Source of the DNA: Macrostomum lignano | Taxonomy: Eukaryota | Length of the DNA: 64,000 nt | Reading direction: 5' to 3' | NCBI GenBank assembly: GCA_002269645.1 | Contig: NIVC01002326.1 | Coordinates: 1 to 64,000, forward strand | Part shown: positions 28,101 through 41,800 of the stretch, one piece after another | How the letters are laid out: every line of letters begins with the position of its first letter | Position numbering within the stretch: the stretch's first letter is position 1 | The notes under the pieces: generated by a model | What the model saw: only the letters and a program-made list of their open reading frames with translations | The model's database searches: none | What the model was told of the DNA's origin: nothing | Made by a program: the position numbers and the translations under genes

Positions 28101-30776
28101 ATCCCATCAATCTAGATACCCGATCCCCATCAATCTAGATACCCGATCCCACCAACCAATCTAGATACCCGATCCCACCAACCAATCTAGGTACCCGATC
28201 CCATCAATCTAGATACCCGATCCCCATCAATCTAGATACCCGATCCCACCAACCAATCTAGATACCCGATCCCATCAATCTAGACACCCGATCCACACCA
28301 ATCTAGATACCCGATCCCATCAATCTAGATACCCGATCCCACCAACCAATCTAGATACCCGATCCCATCAATCTAGATACCCGATCCCACCAACCAATCT
28401 AGATACCCGATCCCACCAACCAATCAAGATACCCGATCCCATCAATCTAGATACCCGATCCCACCAACCAATCTAGATACCCGATCCCCATCAATCTAGA
28501 TACCCGATCCCATCAATCAAGATACCCGATCCCCATCAATCAAGATACCCGATCCCCATCAATCAAGATACCCGATCCTATCAATCAAGATACCCGATCC
28601 CATCAATCAAGATACCCGATCCCATCAATCTAGATACCCGATCCCACCAACCAATCTAGATACCCGATCCCATCAATCAAGATACCCGATCCCTATCAAT
28701 CTAGATACCCGATCCCATCAATCTAGATACCCGATCCCACCAACCAATCTAGATACCCGATTCCATCAATCTGGACACCCGATCCACACCAATCTAGATA
28801 CCCGATCCCCATCAATCTAGATACCCGATCCCATCAATCAAGATACCCGATCCCCACCAATCTAGATACCCGATCAGCATCAATCCAGATACCCGATCAG
28901 CATCAATCCAGATACCCGATCAGCATCAATCCAGATACCCGATCCCCACCAATCTAGATACCCCGATCAGCACCAGTCCCCCATCAACCTAGGATTCCTA
29001 GAAACGCGAGGCCGGACCCACCTGTCTGGCCCACTGTCCCGGCCTGGCCAGGTGCCGGTCCCGCATCAGGCCGAACAGTCCGGCGTGATGGGTCAGCGGT
29101 GCATCCCAGTTCAGGCAGGCGTCAACTTCCCGGTCGGTGATGCCAGCATCGGCGCCACCGACGCCGCCGCCAGCTGCCGGCCGACCGAAGCTGTTGTCCT
29201 CATCGTCGCTGTCGTCCTCCTCGTCGTCGTCGTCTTGCTCTTCCTCGAGGACCACTTCTTCGATGTCCTCGGCGCCGCCAGACCGCCTTGACGCGGAGGC
29301 GGCGGCGGCGGCAGCGGCCCCGTCGGCTGAGGCGTCGCCCTCCTCGCCGGCCGAGGTCTCCACGGACTCGATCCGGTAGAAGCCGCGCCTGGTGCGCCGG
29401 CCGGACTCAATGGAGCCGTCGGCCGACAGGGCAGCCGGACTGTCCACCCGGCTGCTGCCACACTCGGCCGCGGACGAGTCGCCAAGCAGCAGGCGTTCCC
29501 GGCGCAATCGGGAGCGCTGCAATTGAAGGCGGCTGCTGGCGCGACTGCCGCTGTTCACGTTGGAGTCGTCCGTCTCCTCCTGGGTTGAAGCAGAAAAACA
29601 GCTTTGATCACTGTGACCACTTTGAGCACTAGGGCAATCAGGGGATTCTGCTGAACGATTAACTAGATAACTGGTGGTTGGCACCCGTGCCCTCAATTAC
29701 CCCAGCTAATGCTGGCACCCATTTTACAGCTGGGTGAACTGAAGCAATGCAGAGTTAAGTGTCTTGCTCAAGGACACAAATTGCTCCGAATGGATCGAGA
29801 ATTGAACCCCCGACCTTCCAGTCGTGAGTCCGATGCTCTAACCACTAGGCTACAACCCCTAATAGGCTACAACCCCCTACTAGGCTAAAACCACATTGAA
29901 AACCAGTTGATTCCCTTGACAACCAGTTCATTCCCTTGACAACCAGGTAATCACGTCGACAACCAGTTGATTCTCTTGACAACCAGGCAATCACGTTGAC
30001 AACTAGTTCATTCTCTTGACAACCAGGTAATCACATTGACAACCAGTTGATTCTCTTGACAACCAGGCAATCACGTTGACAACCATTTCATTCTCTTGAC
30101 AACCAGGCAATCACGTTGACAACCAGTTCATTCTCTTGACAACAAGGCAATCACGTTGACAACCAGTTGATTGCCTTGACAACCAGTTGATTCTCTTGAC
30201 AACCAGGTAATCACATTGACAACTAGATGATTCCCTTGAAAACCAGGTGAGTACTTTGATAACCAGGTAAATTCCTTCACAACGGGGTGATTTCATTGAC
30301 AAGCAGATTAGCTTAGCAAGCTAAGCAGTTACAATACATGCCAGTAGGGTACTTGCTGGTCAGCTATGTTACTCCCTTGTAAAAAAGTGACCCAAAAATT
30401 CGGGTGATATCCTAGCAATCTTGATCCACCGGGAAGTTATGAGAACCCTACAAGAAGTGTATACTTGAGTACTTCAAGAGTCACACTTAAGGACAAGCCA
30501 GCTGTCAACAGAACACATCAAATAGGCTCAGCAGGCTCGGCTTACCCCGCCAGCAATTTGAATGTCGATTTCATCCTCGGCCCCATCGACATCCTCGGCA
30601 TCATAATCATCTTCGAGCTCCATAGCCGCTTCATCGGGCACAGGAGGCTGCTGACGGCAATCAACGCCAGCAACCTGCTCCAGCTGCTCCATCAGGTTTT
30701 CACCGTCGGATGAAGCTGCCTGTGTTGGCAAGTCGTGCCGCGCCGGTTGCTGGGAATTTCCAGTCGAAGAGGATTC
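25113..30776 (-). CDS. DCAF8: DDB1- and CUL4-associated factor 8-like WD40 protein; exons 30546-30776, 29022-29579, 27452-27712, 26285-26917, 25639-25908, 25113-25277
   Basis: Contains HNGCVNAL..SGSDDL..GHHANVFQCKF..RDGQ|VR, YQGHRNNATVKGVNFYG..EYVVSGSDCG, VNVLEPHPQHPILATSGLD and an acidic tail, all hallmarks of the DCAF8/WDR42A group. All five introns are GT-AG, phase 0. The first in-frame ATG is at 30692. Confidence 0.88.
25338..25575. repeat. 42-bp minisatellite containing CTGATTGGCTGAGAG
   Basis: Period 42; last DCAF8 intron. Confidence 0.88.
25915..26232. repeat. 46-bp minisatellite
   Basis: GAAGGGATT at 25922, 25968 and 26014; DCAF8 intron. Confidence 0.92.
27060..27365. repeat. Degenerate repeat of about 21-22 bp (AGAATCATGGGGTACTTT)
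   Basis: Recurring core with many substitutions; DCAF8 intron. Confidence 0.7.
27765..28975. repeat. 22-26-bp minisatellite (ATCAATCTAGATACCCGATCCC)n
   Basis: Unit length variants with CCACCAACC inserts; DCAF8 intron. Confidence 0.95.
29697..29859 (-). mobile_element. tRNA-derived CORE-type SINE in a DCAF8 intron
   Basis: Head has an A box (TAGCCTAGTGGTTAG) and a B box (GGTTCAATTC). It is followed by TGTGTCCTTGAGCAAGACACTTAAC..CAGTT..CTGTAAAATGGG, which resembles the MIR CORE domain. Confidence 0.8.
29900..30300. repeat. 20-bp minisatellite with an alternating 40-bp dimer (TTGACAACCAG...)
   Basis: TTGACAACCAG every 20 bp with alternating tails. Confidence 0.9.
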
Positions 30777-30800
30777 CTGCAAAAGTACATGTTGTTAGTA
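30777..30800 (-). promoter_or_regulatory. Unpaired 3' splice site with a consensus branch point upstream of DCAF8 (candidate trans-splice acceptor)
   Basis: Minus strand reads TACTAACaacatgtacttttgcAG|GAATCC; no upstream coding exon was found before POLR1B. Confidence 0.5.
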
Positions 30801-31177
30801 CTTTTATAATGCGCGAAGTATAGCACTTCTCGGGCAAATATTAAATTCACTAATTCTCATTAGTAACAATATAGCCGACCAACTCTAACGGGATTCATTA
30901 CATGGAACGGCAAAGCACAAGTTCAGAAAGACAAACATGAAATAATTTTTTTGTCCAAGAGCCTTAATCAGGGCTGTAGCCAATGTTTATTTCTGTTTGT
31001 CAGTAATTTACTACTACTACTACTAAGAATATTCCAGTAGCATATTAGACGCACTGCAACAAATTTTTAGAAAATGCACGAATAATTTAAGAAGCAAATG
31101 ATATGAACTGCAACTGTCAGTCGGGGAAATAATGCAGCGGAAGTCCTGGACGCTCTCTGATTTGGTTCCTGTAGCTG

Positions 31178-31640
31178 AATCTGGCACTTGGAACTTGAAA
31201 AATGGCGGCCCGGTTTTCAAATCTGGCACTTGGAACTTGAAAAATGGCGGCCCGGTTTTCAAATCTGGCACTTGGAACTTGAAAAATGGCGGCCCGGGTT
31301 TTCAAATCTGGCACTTGGAACTTGAAAAATGGCGGCCCGGGTTTTCAAATCTGGCACTTGGAACTTGAAAAATGGCGGCTCGGTTTTCAAATCTGGCACT
31401 TGGAACTTGAAAAATGGCGGCTCGGTTTTCAAATCTGGCACTTGGAACTTGAAAAATGGTGGCCCGGTTTTCAAATCTGGCACTTGGAACTTGAAAAATG
31501 GCCACCAGGTTTTCAAATCTGGCACTTGGAACTTGAAAAATGGTAGCCCGGTTTTCAAATCTGGCACTTGGAACTTGAAAAATGGCGGCTAGGTTTTCAA
31601 ATCTGGCACCTTGAGTTTTGAAAAATGGCGACTAGGTTTC
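31178..31640. repeat. 42-bp minisatellite (TCTGGCACTTGGAACTTGAAAAATGGCGGCCCGGTTTTCAAA)n
   Basis: Period 42-43; lies between the POLR1B stop and DCAF8. Confidence 0.95.
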
Positions 31641-31737
31641 GAAATCATTTAATCACGATTTCCACATAATTGAAACAATTCACAACCTCAATTAATTAAT
31701 ATGCAAATCAGGAAGGACGCCAAAAACGCCAAAATCG

Positions 31738-34700
31738 TCACTGCTTGGACTTGACATCCATGACAACTCGAATGCCCTGGCCGGCCAGTTCTGAGCACAG
31801 GTAGCGCCACACGTGACCGACTCGCACCGTGACGATGCCAGGACTTCCAGCGCCGTCTCGCTGCTGCTGCTCCCGGCTGCTGCTCTCGTCGCAGGCGCTG
31901 CACACCCAGCCTTCGTCGTCGGCGCCGGCCTCAGCGGTGGCAGCGGCGAACATCGGGGCCAACAGGCTGCCGCAGGCGGAGCAGACGCGAACGAAAGCGC
32001 CGTCGGAACAGTCGACAAGCCTGTCCTGGATGACGTAGGCGGCGCCGTGCGAGATTAGCGAGTCGCGTTCCATCTCGCCTAGTCGAACGCCGCCGCCAAT
32101 TTTGCGACCTTTGGCCGGCTGGCGGAATGTGTTGTCTATTGGGCCGGTTGATCGCACCTGGAGTTCCGGTTCGCTTGGATTCTTAGAATTCTTGGAAGCT
32201 ACAGGTATAAAACGGACAGGTGAAAGGGAGAAGATAGGGCTTCTAATGACAAGTGGGAAAGAGGCTCTTGAGAGCAGAGAAAAAACGGGTCATTCAACGG
32301 CAAAGGGGTCATTTATAAAGGGCAAGCAAAGGGGTCATTTAAGGACACGAGAAGGGGGTCATTTAAGGACAAACAAAGGGGGTCATTTAGGGACAAGAAT
32401 AGGGCGTCATTAAAGGACACGAAAGGGGGGGTTTATTTAAGGACAAGCAAAGGGGTTCATTCAGGGACACGAAAAAGGGTCATTTAAGGATGAACAAAGG
32501 GGTTTATTCAGCGAAACGAAAAGGGGTCATTTAAGGACAAACAAAGTGGGTCGTTTAAGGACATGAAAAGGGGTTCATGAAAGAACAAGCAAAGGGGTCA
32601 TTCAAGGACAAACAGGGGGATCATTTAAGGACACGAAGAAAGGGGGGCCGGGGTCATCTCGGTCATTTAAAGAATAGGGGGGTCATTCAAGGACACGAAA
32701 AGGGATTCATTTAAGGTCAAGCTTGAAAGGGGTCATTCAAGGACAAAATGAAACAAAGGGATCATTTAAGGACACGTAAAGGGTCATTACCAAAAGTTAA
32801 ATGTTTCTACAGACGGGTGAAAATGAGATCACTCAAGGACAGATGAAGGTCAGTACAGACTGGGCCATACGCGGCCATATACGCAACAAAAGCCCCAAAA
32901 AGCAGCAGGCACCGCAGTGAAAAAAGCAACTCGCCTGGAACTTGTCGGCAACCATGTGGCGCAGGCGCTGATAATAGACCATGCCGACAAAGATCTGCGC
33001 CTCCAGCAGGCGGCCAGTGAAGCCGCAGTACATCGGCTCCGTGCACCATCTGTCGAAGCCGTGCCGCTGAAGCACGTCGGCGTAGTCTTCAAATAGCGGC
33101 GCGTCGATTTCGCCGTCGCGTTGAAAAGCCGTAGCGTCGACGCAGTCGCCAGACAGTGCGGCGGATTTGCCGGCGAGGAATTCCAGCATCATGCCGACAG
33201 TCATGCGGGAGGGGAACCCGTGCGGATTGAAGATGATGTCTGGCACGATGCCAGTCGGAGTGAACGGCATGTCCTCGGCGGGCAGCAGCAGACTGTTGAC
33301 ACCTTTCTGGCCGTGCCGAGAGCTGAACTTGTCGCCGATGTCGGGCCTGCGAGGCAGACGGACGGTGAGGGTGGCCCGGTGCGGCTGACCGGCGGTGCTC
33401 ACGCACTCCAGGTAGCCCGGGTCGCCTTTGTACCGGACTACCGTGTGGTGCCGGGTCTCGTCGCTGGGGGGGGGGGGTTGAGATGGCGGCATGGAGATTA
33501 AACACAGCAGCGAGATGGCGCTTGAGAGTGACATTTCCCTGCATACATGAGCCGATAGGGAGTGACATTTCCCTGCATACATGAGCCGATAGGGAGTGAC
33601 ATTTCCCTGCATACATGAGCCGATAGGGAGTGACATTTCCCTGCATACATGAGCCGATAGGGAGTGACATTTTCCTGCATACATGAGCCGATAGGGAGTG
33701 ACATTTCCCTGCATACATGAGCCGATAGGGAGTGACATTTCCCTGCATACATGAGCCGATAGGGAGTGACATTTTCCTGCATACATGAGCCGATAGGGAG
33801 TGACATTTCCCTGCATACATGAGCCGATAGGGAGTGACATTTCCCTGCATACATGAGCCGATAGGGAGTGACATTTCCCTGCATACATGAGCCGATAGGG
33901 AGTGACATTTCCCTGCATACATGAGCCGATAGGGAGTGACATTTCCCTGCATACATGAGCCGATAGGGAGTGACATTTTCCTGCATACATGAGCCGATAG
34001 GGAGTGACATTTCCCTGCATACATGAGCCGATAGGGAGTGACACTTCCCTGCATACATGAGCCGATAGGGAGTGACACTTCCCTGCATACATGAGCCGAT
34101 AGGGAGTGACATTTCCCTGCATACATGAGCCGATAGGGAGTGACACTTCCCTGCATACATGAGCCGATAGGGAGTGACACTTCCCTGCATACATGAGCCG
34201 ATAGGGAGTGACATTTCCCTGCATACATGAGCCGATAGGGAGTGACATTTCCCTGCATACATGAGCCGATAGGGAGTGACATTTCCCTGCATACATGAGC
34301 CGATAGGGAGTGACATTTCCCTGCATACATGAGCCGATAGGGAGTGACACTTCCCTGCATACATGAGCCGATAGGGAGTGACACTTCCCTGCATACATGA
34401 GCCGATAGGGAGTGACATTTCCCTGCATACATGAGCCGATAGGGAGTGACATTTCCTGCATATATGAGCCAATAGGGAGTGACATTTCCTGCATATGAGC
34501 CGATAGGGAGTGACAGTTCACCTGTAGTAGCAGTAGACGGGATCGCCGGGCTGCAGCGGTGTCCCGATCGGCGGGAAGCCGTCCGCCTCGATGCCCGAGG
34601 CCGCCGGCTCCGGGCCGAACACGCCGAATCGCAGCGGACAGGCCGGTGCTGCCGCGCCGCTGCTCGACTGCTGCTGTCGACGACCACCGCCACCGCTGCC

Positions 34701-37700
34701 ACCGCCGCCGCCTTCAAGCTTGGTGAGGTCGATGACCTGCGACTTGTAGATGCAGGCGTCAGCTAAGCCGCGGTCGTAAGCCGCTTTGTTGATCACCATG
34801 GCGTCCTCCATGTCGTAGCTGCGAGTGGAGCGTTTGATGCACCGTTTTGGATTAATGTCTAATACAGTACAGCTGTGGTGCCACTAATACAGTACAGCTG
34901 TGGTGCTGGTGCCACTAATACAGTACAGCTGTGGTGCCACTAATACAGTACAGCTGTGGTGCCACTAATACAGTACAGCTGTGGTGCCACTAATACAGTA
35001 CAGCTGTGGTGCCACTAATACAGTACAGCTGTGGTGCCACTAATACAGTACAGCTGTGGTGCCACTAATACAGTACAGCTGTGGTGCCACTAATACAGTA
35101 CAGCTGTGGTGCCACTAATACAGTACAGCTGTGGTGCCACTAATACAGTACAGCTGTGGTGCCACTAATACAGTACAGCTGTGGTGCCACTAATACAGTA
35201 CAGCTGTGGTGCCACTAATACAGTACAGCTGTGGTGCCACTAATACAGTACAGCTGTGGTGCCACTAATACAGTACAGCTGTGGTGCCACTAATACAGTA
35301 CAGCTGTGGTGCCACTAATACAGTACAGCTGTGGTGCCACTAATACAGTACAGCTGTGGTGCCATTAATACAGTACAGCTGTGGTGCCACTAATACAGTA
35401 CAGCTGTGGTGCCACTAATACAGTACAGCTGTAGTGCCACTAATACAGTCCAGCTGCGGTGCCACTAATACAGTCCAGCTGTGGTGCCACTAATACAGCA
35501 GCACGGTACAGCAACAACAAAGGTTAAAAACAAAGAAAAGAAGCGAGCCTCACCCAGTGTAAGAGACCACAGCCACAATGGCATTGAACCCGAGCGCATT
35601 GTCGCTCATGCCGTACTTATCAAAGGTATTAGTTTTAACCATAGGCTTCTGCGGACACAGTAATCTGTACAGTTTATTGTCAGACCGATGCCTGTAGCTG
35701 TTATAGCTGTGACCCATGGACTGCTTGCCCATCTGGCACTGGTAGATATTTCTGGGACTCTGATTGAAATCAGGGAACGGGGTTAGGCCGGCAACGAAGC
35801 TAAATATAGCATTCTTATCGCACTCGCAATGGGTCGAGTCTGGCTGCAACGATTTTTCATCAATTGCGATGCCCAGAAAGCACTGCTCGTAGGGCCCGAT
35901 GTACTCTAAGCAGTTGCTGACCAGATTGCGGACCGGCCGGAGCAGCCGAGCCGAGTCGCTGAATAGGTAGAGGCCCGGATAGGGGCCAGCAGAGCCGGCG
36001 CCGCGCGGCGTTACCAAGGCAACCTCCAGGGTTCGGGGCACTAGGCGAGCTCGCCGCGAACCCGACGGTGGCGACGTCTGCAATGGTGAAGAAAGTCTTA
36101 GAGATGCCAGTGGGTTGGAAGCGTGGGAGTACGGAATGAAATAATCACGTGACTAAATTTAATTTCAGTGAAGTACTGTCTACAATCACGCGACTGAACT
36201 TGGCCTCGATTATCACGTGACTGAACTTGGCCTTGATAACCACGTGACTGGACTTGGCCTTGATAATCATGCGACTGAACTTGGCCTTAATAATCAGTAA
36301 TCACGTGACTGAATTTGGCCTTGATAACTACGTGACTGAACTTGGCCTTGATAATCACGCGACTGAACTTGGCCTGAAAAATCACGTGACTGAATTTGGC
36401 CTTGATAACCACGTGACTGAACTTGGCCTTGATAATCACGCGACTGAACTTGGCTTTGATAATCACGTGACTGAACTTGGCTTTGATAATCACGTGACTG
36501 AACTTGGCTTTGATAATCACGCGACTGAACTTGGCCTTGATAACCACGTGACTGAACTTGGCCTTGATAATCACGTGACTGAACTTGGCCTTGATAATCT
36601 CGTGACTGAACTTGGCCTTGATAACCACGTGACTGAACTTGGCCTTGATAATCACGCGACTGAACTTGGCCTTGACAATCTCGTGACTGAACTGGATTAT
36701 CCCGTGATTGAAGTTTGGCATAAAGGTAGTTGTGATTAACCATGCAAGGTAAAATTGATGTCGCAAGAAAATCGCTATCAACAGCCGGTTCACCTTTTGC
36801 AGCCGCAGCCAGTTGGCCAGCCCGACAGCCAGCCGGGGCGGCACCAGGCCGCACAGCACGCCGTCCAGTAGCACAGGCAAGCAGGTCTGCAGGTCCTGAC
36901 TGAGCGCGGATGCTTCATTTAACGGCACCAGGCCGCGCAGGCACATCTCGGCGGTCAGGCTGGCCCGATCCGGTCGCTCCGGCGAGCTGACTACCAAGCA
37001 GGCGGCGGTGAGATGATTCAACAAGCCGCAAGGTGTACCGTCTGGCGTGTGCACCGGACAGATGAAGCCCCAGGTCTCCGGTAGCAGGCGCCTAACCGCG
37101 GTAGTTCGCATCTCGGTGAAAAAAGCGCCCCGATGTACGGCGCGAAAATGGGCGGCAAATCTTAGCCGATTGATATTGTCGCCGGGCACCACCAGACCGG
37201 TGTTCTGCAGCAGCAGCAGGCTCTGGCTGTTCAAATTGCCTGTGGCCATGAAATTCTCCATCGCGGCCGTGATGTCGTGCGAACACAGGCCTACTGCCGT
37301 TTTTATTGCGTCGCTTATGGCTGCCTGGTTGCCGGCTTGGGCCTTGGCCAGCTTCTTCTCCATCAGGCGCTGCAAGGTCAGCAGCCATCTGTAGAGAATG
37401 TCGCGGAGCACCTGCGACGGAGCGGAGGTAGGGAGGCAATGCAAGAGCTTAAGCTCTGACTCTGCGATGAGATATTATGCTCGTGAAGTGAATCTATATG
37501 AAATCTCATTCTCGGTTTGCAACTAGGAGCGTATATAAGATAAAATCTAACCGTGAGATTTCTATTCTAAAAATCTCACTATGAGATTTTGACCCTAGCA
37601 TGCGATCTCACCAAAAGATAACGACCCTAGAATGAGATCTCACCATGAGATTACGACCCTAGAATGAGATCTCACCATGAGATTACGACCCTAAAATGAG

Positions 37701-38181
37701 ATCTCACCATGAGATTACGACCCTAGAATGAGATCTAATCATGGAATTACGACCCTCGAATGAGATCTAACCATAATACTCCGATCCTAGTATGAGATTT
37801 GATCATGAGATTACGACTCTAGAATGAGATATAGATTGCATCACTAGGTGTAAGCATTGTCCCTCTCCAGCCGCACACCTGCAGATAGAGATGACCGGGC
37901 AGCAGCAGCTCCTGGAACATCAGGCTATCGTTGGATTCAACGGCGCACAGGCCACGTACGCTGGCGTGCAGTTTGCGCAGCATCAGGCAGAGCAGGTAGA
38001 ACTTGTCAGCATCCGATTCGCAGTGGGTGAGCACGGAGCGCTGCATCAGATGGCGGCCAAGGTCCAAGTCGCTGGCGTCGGCCGGTACGCGCAGCTTTTG
38101 CCTGGCAACCGGGCGACGGGGAATAAATGTACAGAGAGCTACAGGTGCGGCGTCAGTTGCTGATTGACTAACTAACTAGCC

Positions 38182-38230
<49 letters not shown>

Positions 38231-38305
38231 GCTAACTAACAAACTAACAAACTAACAAACTAACAAACTAACGAACGAACGAACGAACTAACTAACTAAC
38301 TAGCC

Positions 38306-38358
<53 letters not shown>

Positions 38359-38361
38359 GCC

Positions 38362-38404
<43 letters not shown>

Positions 38405-38553
38405 AAACTAACAAACTAACGAACGAACGAACGAACGAACGAACTAACTAACTAACTAACAAACTAACGAACGAACGAACGAACTAACTAACTAACTAGC
38501 CAACTAACTAACTAACTAACTAACAAACTAACTAACTGACTAACTAACTAGCC

Positions 38554-38586
<33 letters not shown>

Positions 38587-38661
38587 GCTAACTAACAAAC
38601 TAACAAACTAACGAACGAACGAACGAACGAACGAACTAACTAACTAACTAACTAACTAGCC

Positions 38662-38734
<73 letters not shown>

Positions 38735-38737
38735 GCC

Positions 38738-38802
<65 letters not shown>

Positions 38803-41800
38803 GCCAACTAACTAACTAACTAACTAACTAACGAACGAACGAGCTAACTAACTAACTACCGAACTAACTAACGAACTAAGTCAAGACTGTTTCTCACCTG
38901 AAAGAGTGACCAATATACTTCAACACAGACTGGCGCGTCTTGAACTGGTCGGAAGACTGCAGATACAGCAGTGCCTGCTTGGCCATGAATAATAGTGACG
39001 GGTCACCGCTGCCGCTGCCAATGCCCGTGTGGCTCAGCACAATGGCCTGGTACATCTCGGCTGGCGAGCCATCGAACAGGGCCCGCAGCAGAAGCCCAAC
39101 TGGGGCGTAGAACTGCTCCTTCTCGTAGGTGAAAGCCATCACCGGGTCCGAGCCGTTGCGCCAGTGTAAAATGTTTACGCTGGCGGTCTGATGGCGTTTT
39201 TCAATCATAATAATTATTTTTACTGTTTTAATGGGATTTAGGATGACGGAGAGAGGGGTCAAGGAGGTGGGGTTGGAGGGACAAGAATGGAAACAACCGA
39301 GAGTGAATGAGCGATTGGGAAGCCAATTAAGCGATGGGATCAATGAGGACATTGGATCATTCAGGTGATGGGATCAATGAGGACATTGGATCATTCAGCT
39401 GATGGGATCAATGAGGACATTGGATCATTCAGGTGATGGGATCAATGAGGACATTGGATCATTCAGGTGATGGGATCAATAAGGACAATGGATCATTCAG
39501 CTGATGGGATCAATGAGGAAATTGGATCATTCAGCTGATGGGATCAATGAGGACATTGGATCATTCAGCTGATGGGATCAATGAGGACATTGGATCATTC
39601 AGCTGATGGGATCAATGAGGACATTGGATCATTCAGCTGATGGGATCAATGAGGACATTGGATCATTCAGCTAATGGGATCAATGAGGAAAATGGATCAT
39701 TCAGCTGATGGGATCAATGAGGACATTGGATCATTCAGGTGATGGGATCAATGAGGACATTGGATCATTCAGCTGATGGGATCAATGAGGACAATGGATC
39801 ATTCAGCTGATGGGATCAATGAGGACAATGGATCATTCAGGTGATGGGATCAATGAGGACAATGGATCATTCAGCTGATGGGATCAATGAGGACATTGGA
39901 TCATTCAGCTGATGGGATCAATGAGGACATTGGATCATTCAGCTGATGGGATCAATGAGGACAATGGATCATTCAGCTGATGGGATTAATGAGGACAATG
40001 GATCATTCAGCTGATGGGATTAATGAGGACAATGGATCATTCAGCTGATGGGATTAATGAGGACATTGGATCATTCAGCTGATGGGATCAATGAGGACAT
40101 TGGATCATTCAGGTGATGGGATCAATGAGGACATTGGATCATTCAGCTGATGGGATCAATGAGGACATTGGATCATTCAGGTGATGGGATCAATGAGGAA
40201 ATGGGATCATTCAGGTGATGGGATCAATGAGGAAATGGGATCAATGAGGAAATGGGATCATTCAGCTGATGGGATCAATGAGGACATTGGATCATTCAGG
40301 TGATGGGATCAATGAGGACATTGGATCATTCAGCTGATGGGATCAATGAGGACATTGGATCATTCAGCTGATGGGATCAATGAGGACATTGGATCATTCA
40401 GGTGATGGGATCAATGAGGACATTGGATTATTTAGGTGATGGGATCAATGAGGAAATGGGATCAATGAGGAAATGGGATCATTCAGGTGATGGGATCAAT
40501 GAGGAAATGGGATCATTCAGGTGATGGGATCAATGAGGACATTGGATCATTCAGCTGATGGGATCAATGAGGACATTGGATCATTCAGGTGATGGGATCA
40601 ATGAGGAAATGGGATCATTCAGGTGATGGGATCAATGAGGAAATGGGATCAATGAGGAAATGGGATCATTCAGGTGATGGGATCAATGAGGAAATTGGAT
40701 CATTCAGGTGATGGGATCAATGAGGAAATGGGATCATTCAGCTGATGGGATCAATGAGGACATTGGATCATTCAGGTGATGGGATCAATGAGGAAATTGG
40801 ATCATTTAGGTGATGGGATCAATGAGGAAATGGGATCAATGAGGAAATGGGATCATTCAGGTGATGGGATCAATGAGGAAATGGGATCATTCAGGTGATG
40901 GGATCAATGAGGACATTGGATCATTCAGCTGATGGGATCAACGGACATTGGATCATTCAGCTGTTGGGATCAACGTGGACATTGGATCATTCAGCTGATG
41001 GGATCAACGTGGACATTGGATCGTTCAGTTGGATAAAAAATGAAGAGACATATCAAGATTCCAGATCAGGTCAGGATAATCCCCCAGCTTCACCTCGTCG
41101 TCGGTAACGCAGCGCACAATGACGGCCTTGTCGGAGAACCATTTTCCTTTCTTAACAAAGGAAGGCCGACACACGGATATGGGATAATTCCTCCTGGGCA
41201 TAATTAGCATTCGGATAATCCGCTCGTTGCCATTGACAATAAAATAACCGCCTGCCTCGTTGTGCTCCTCGTGAGCCGCGACCAGCTCGGCCCCAGATTT
41301 GCCAAACAGGCTGCACACTCGGGACCGGACCATGATTGGCACGCTGCCAAGCCGGGTGTCCAGCGACTCCACCAGCTGGCCGTTGACCCGGAATTCTAGC
41401 CGGCCAACCAGGCCGCCAGTATAGGTGGCGCCCGAGCGGCGGCACTGGCTGGGCAGCAAGGGCCGCTGGCTCAGCTCGTCTGTTGGCGACTTCAGCTCCA
41501 GACTGGCGATTGACACCTTGGAGATTAGGGATTGGGAAGCATTTAATCTGGATCTTCAGTTGGTCTCTCTCCCCTGATGCTTCAGCGGGTCTCCCTGATC
41601 CCCTGATGCTTCATTGGGTCTCCCTGATCCCCTAATGCTTCATTGGGTCTCCCTGATCCCCTGATGCTTCATTGGGTCTCCCTGATCCCCTGATGCTTCA
41701 TTGGGTCTCCCTGATCCCCTGATGCTTCATTGGGTCTCCCTGATCCCCTGATGCTTCATTGGGTCTCTCTGATCCCCTGATGCTTCATTGGGTCTCCCTG

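Noticed and set aside
29052-29632. Plus-strand ORFs overlapping GC-rich exons (also at 1689-2103, 9446-9840, 37047-37459, 50012-50818, 56397-57043, 60815-61182)
   Set aside because: They are antisense shadows of GC-rich coding exons with no recognisable domains.
32833-34717. Long ORFs of 562, 542 and 324 aa with 34-aa periodic sequence
   Set aside because: They are translations of the stop-free 34-bp intronic array fused to POLR1B exons. The intron is 1058 nt and the exon 7 frame meets TGA at the donor.
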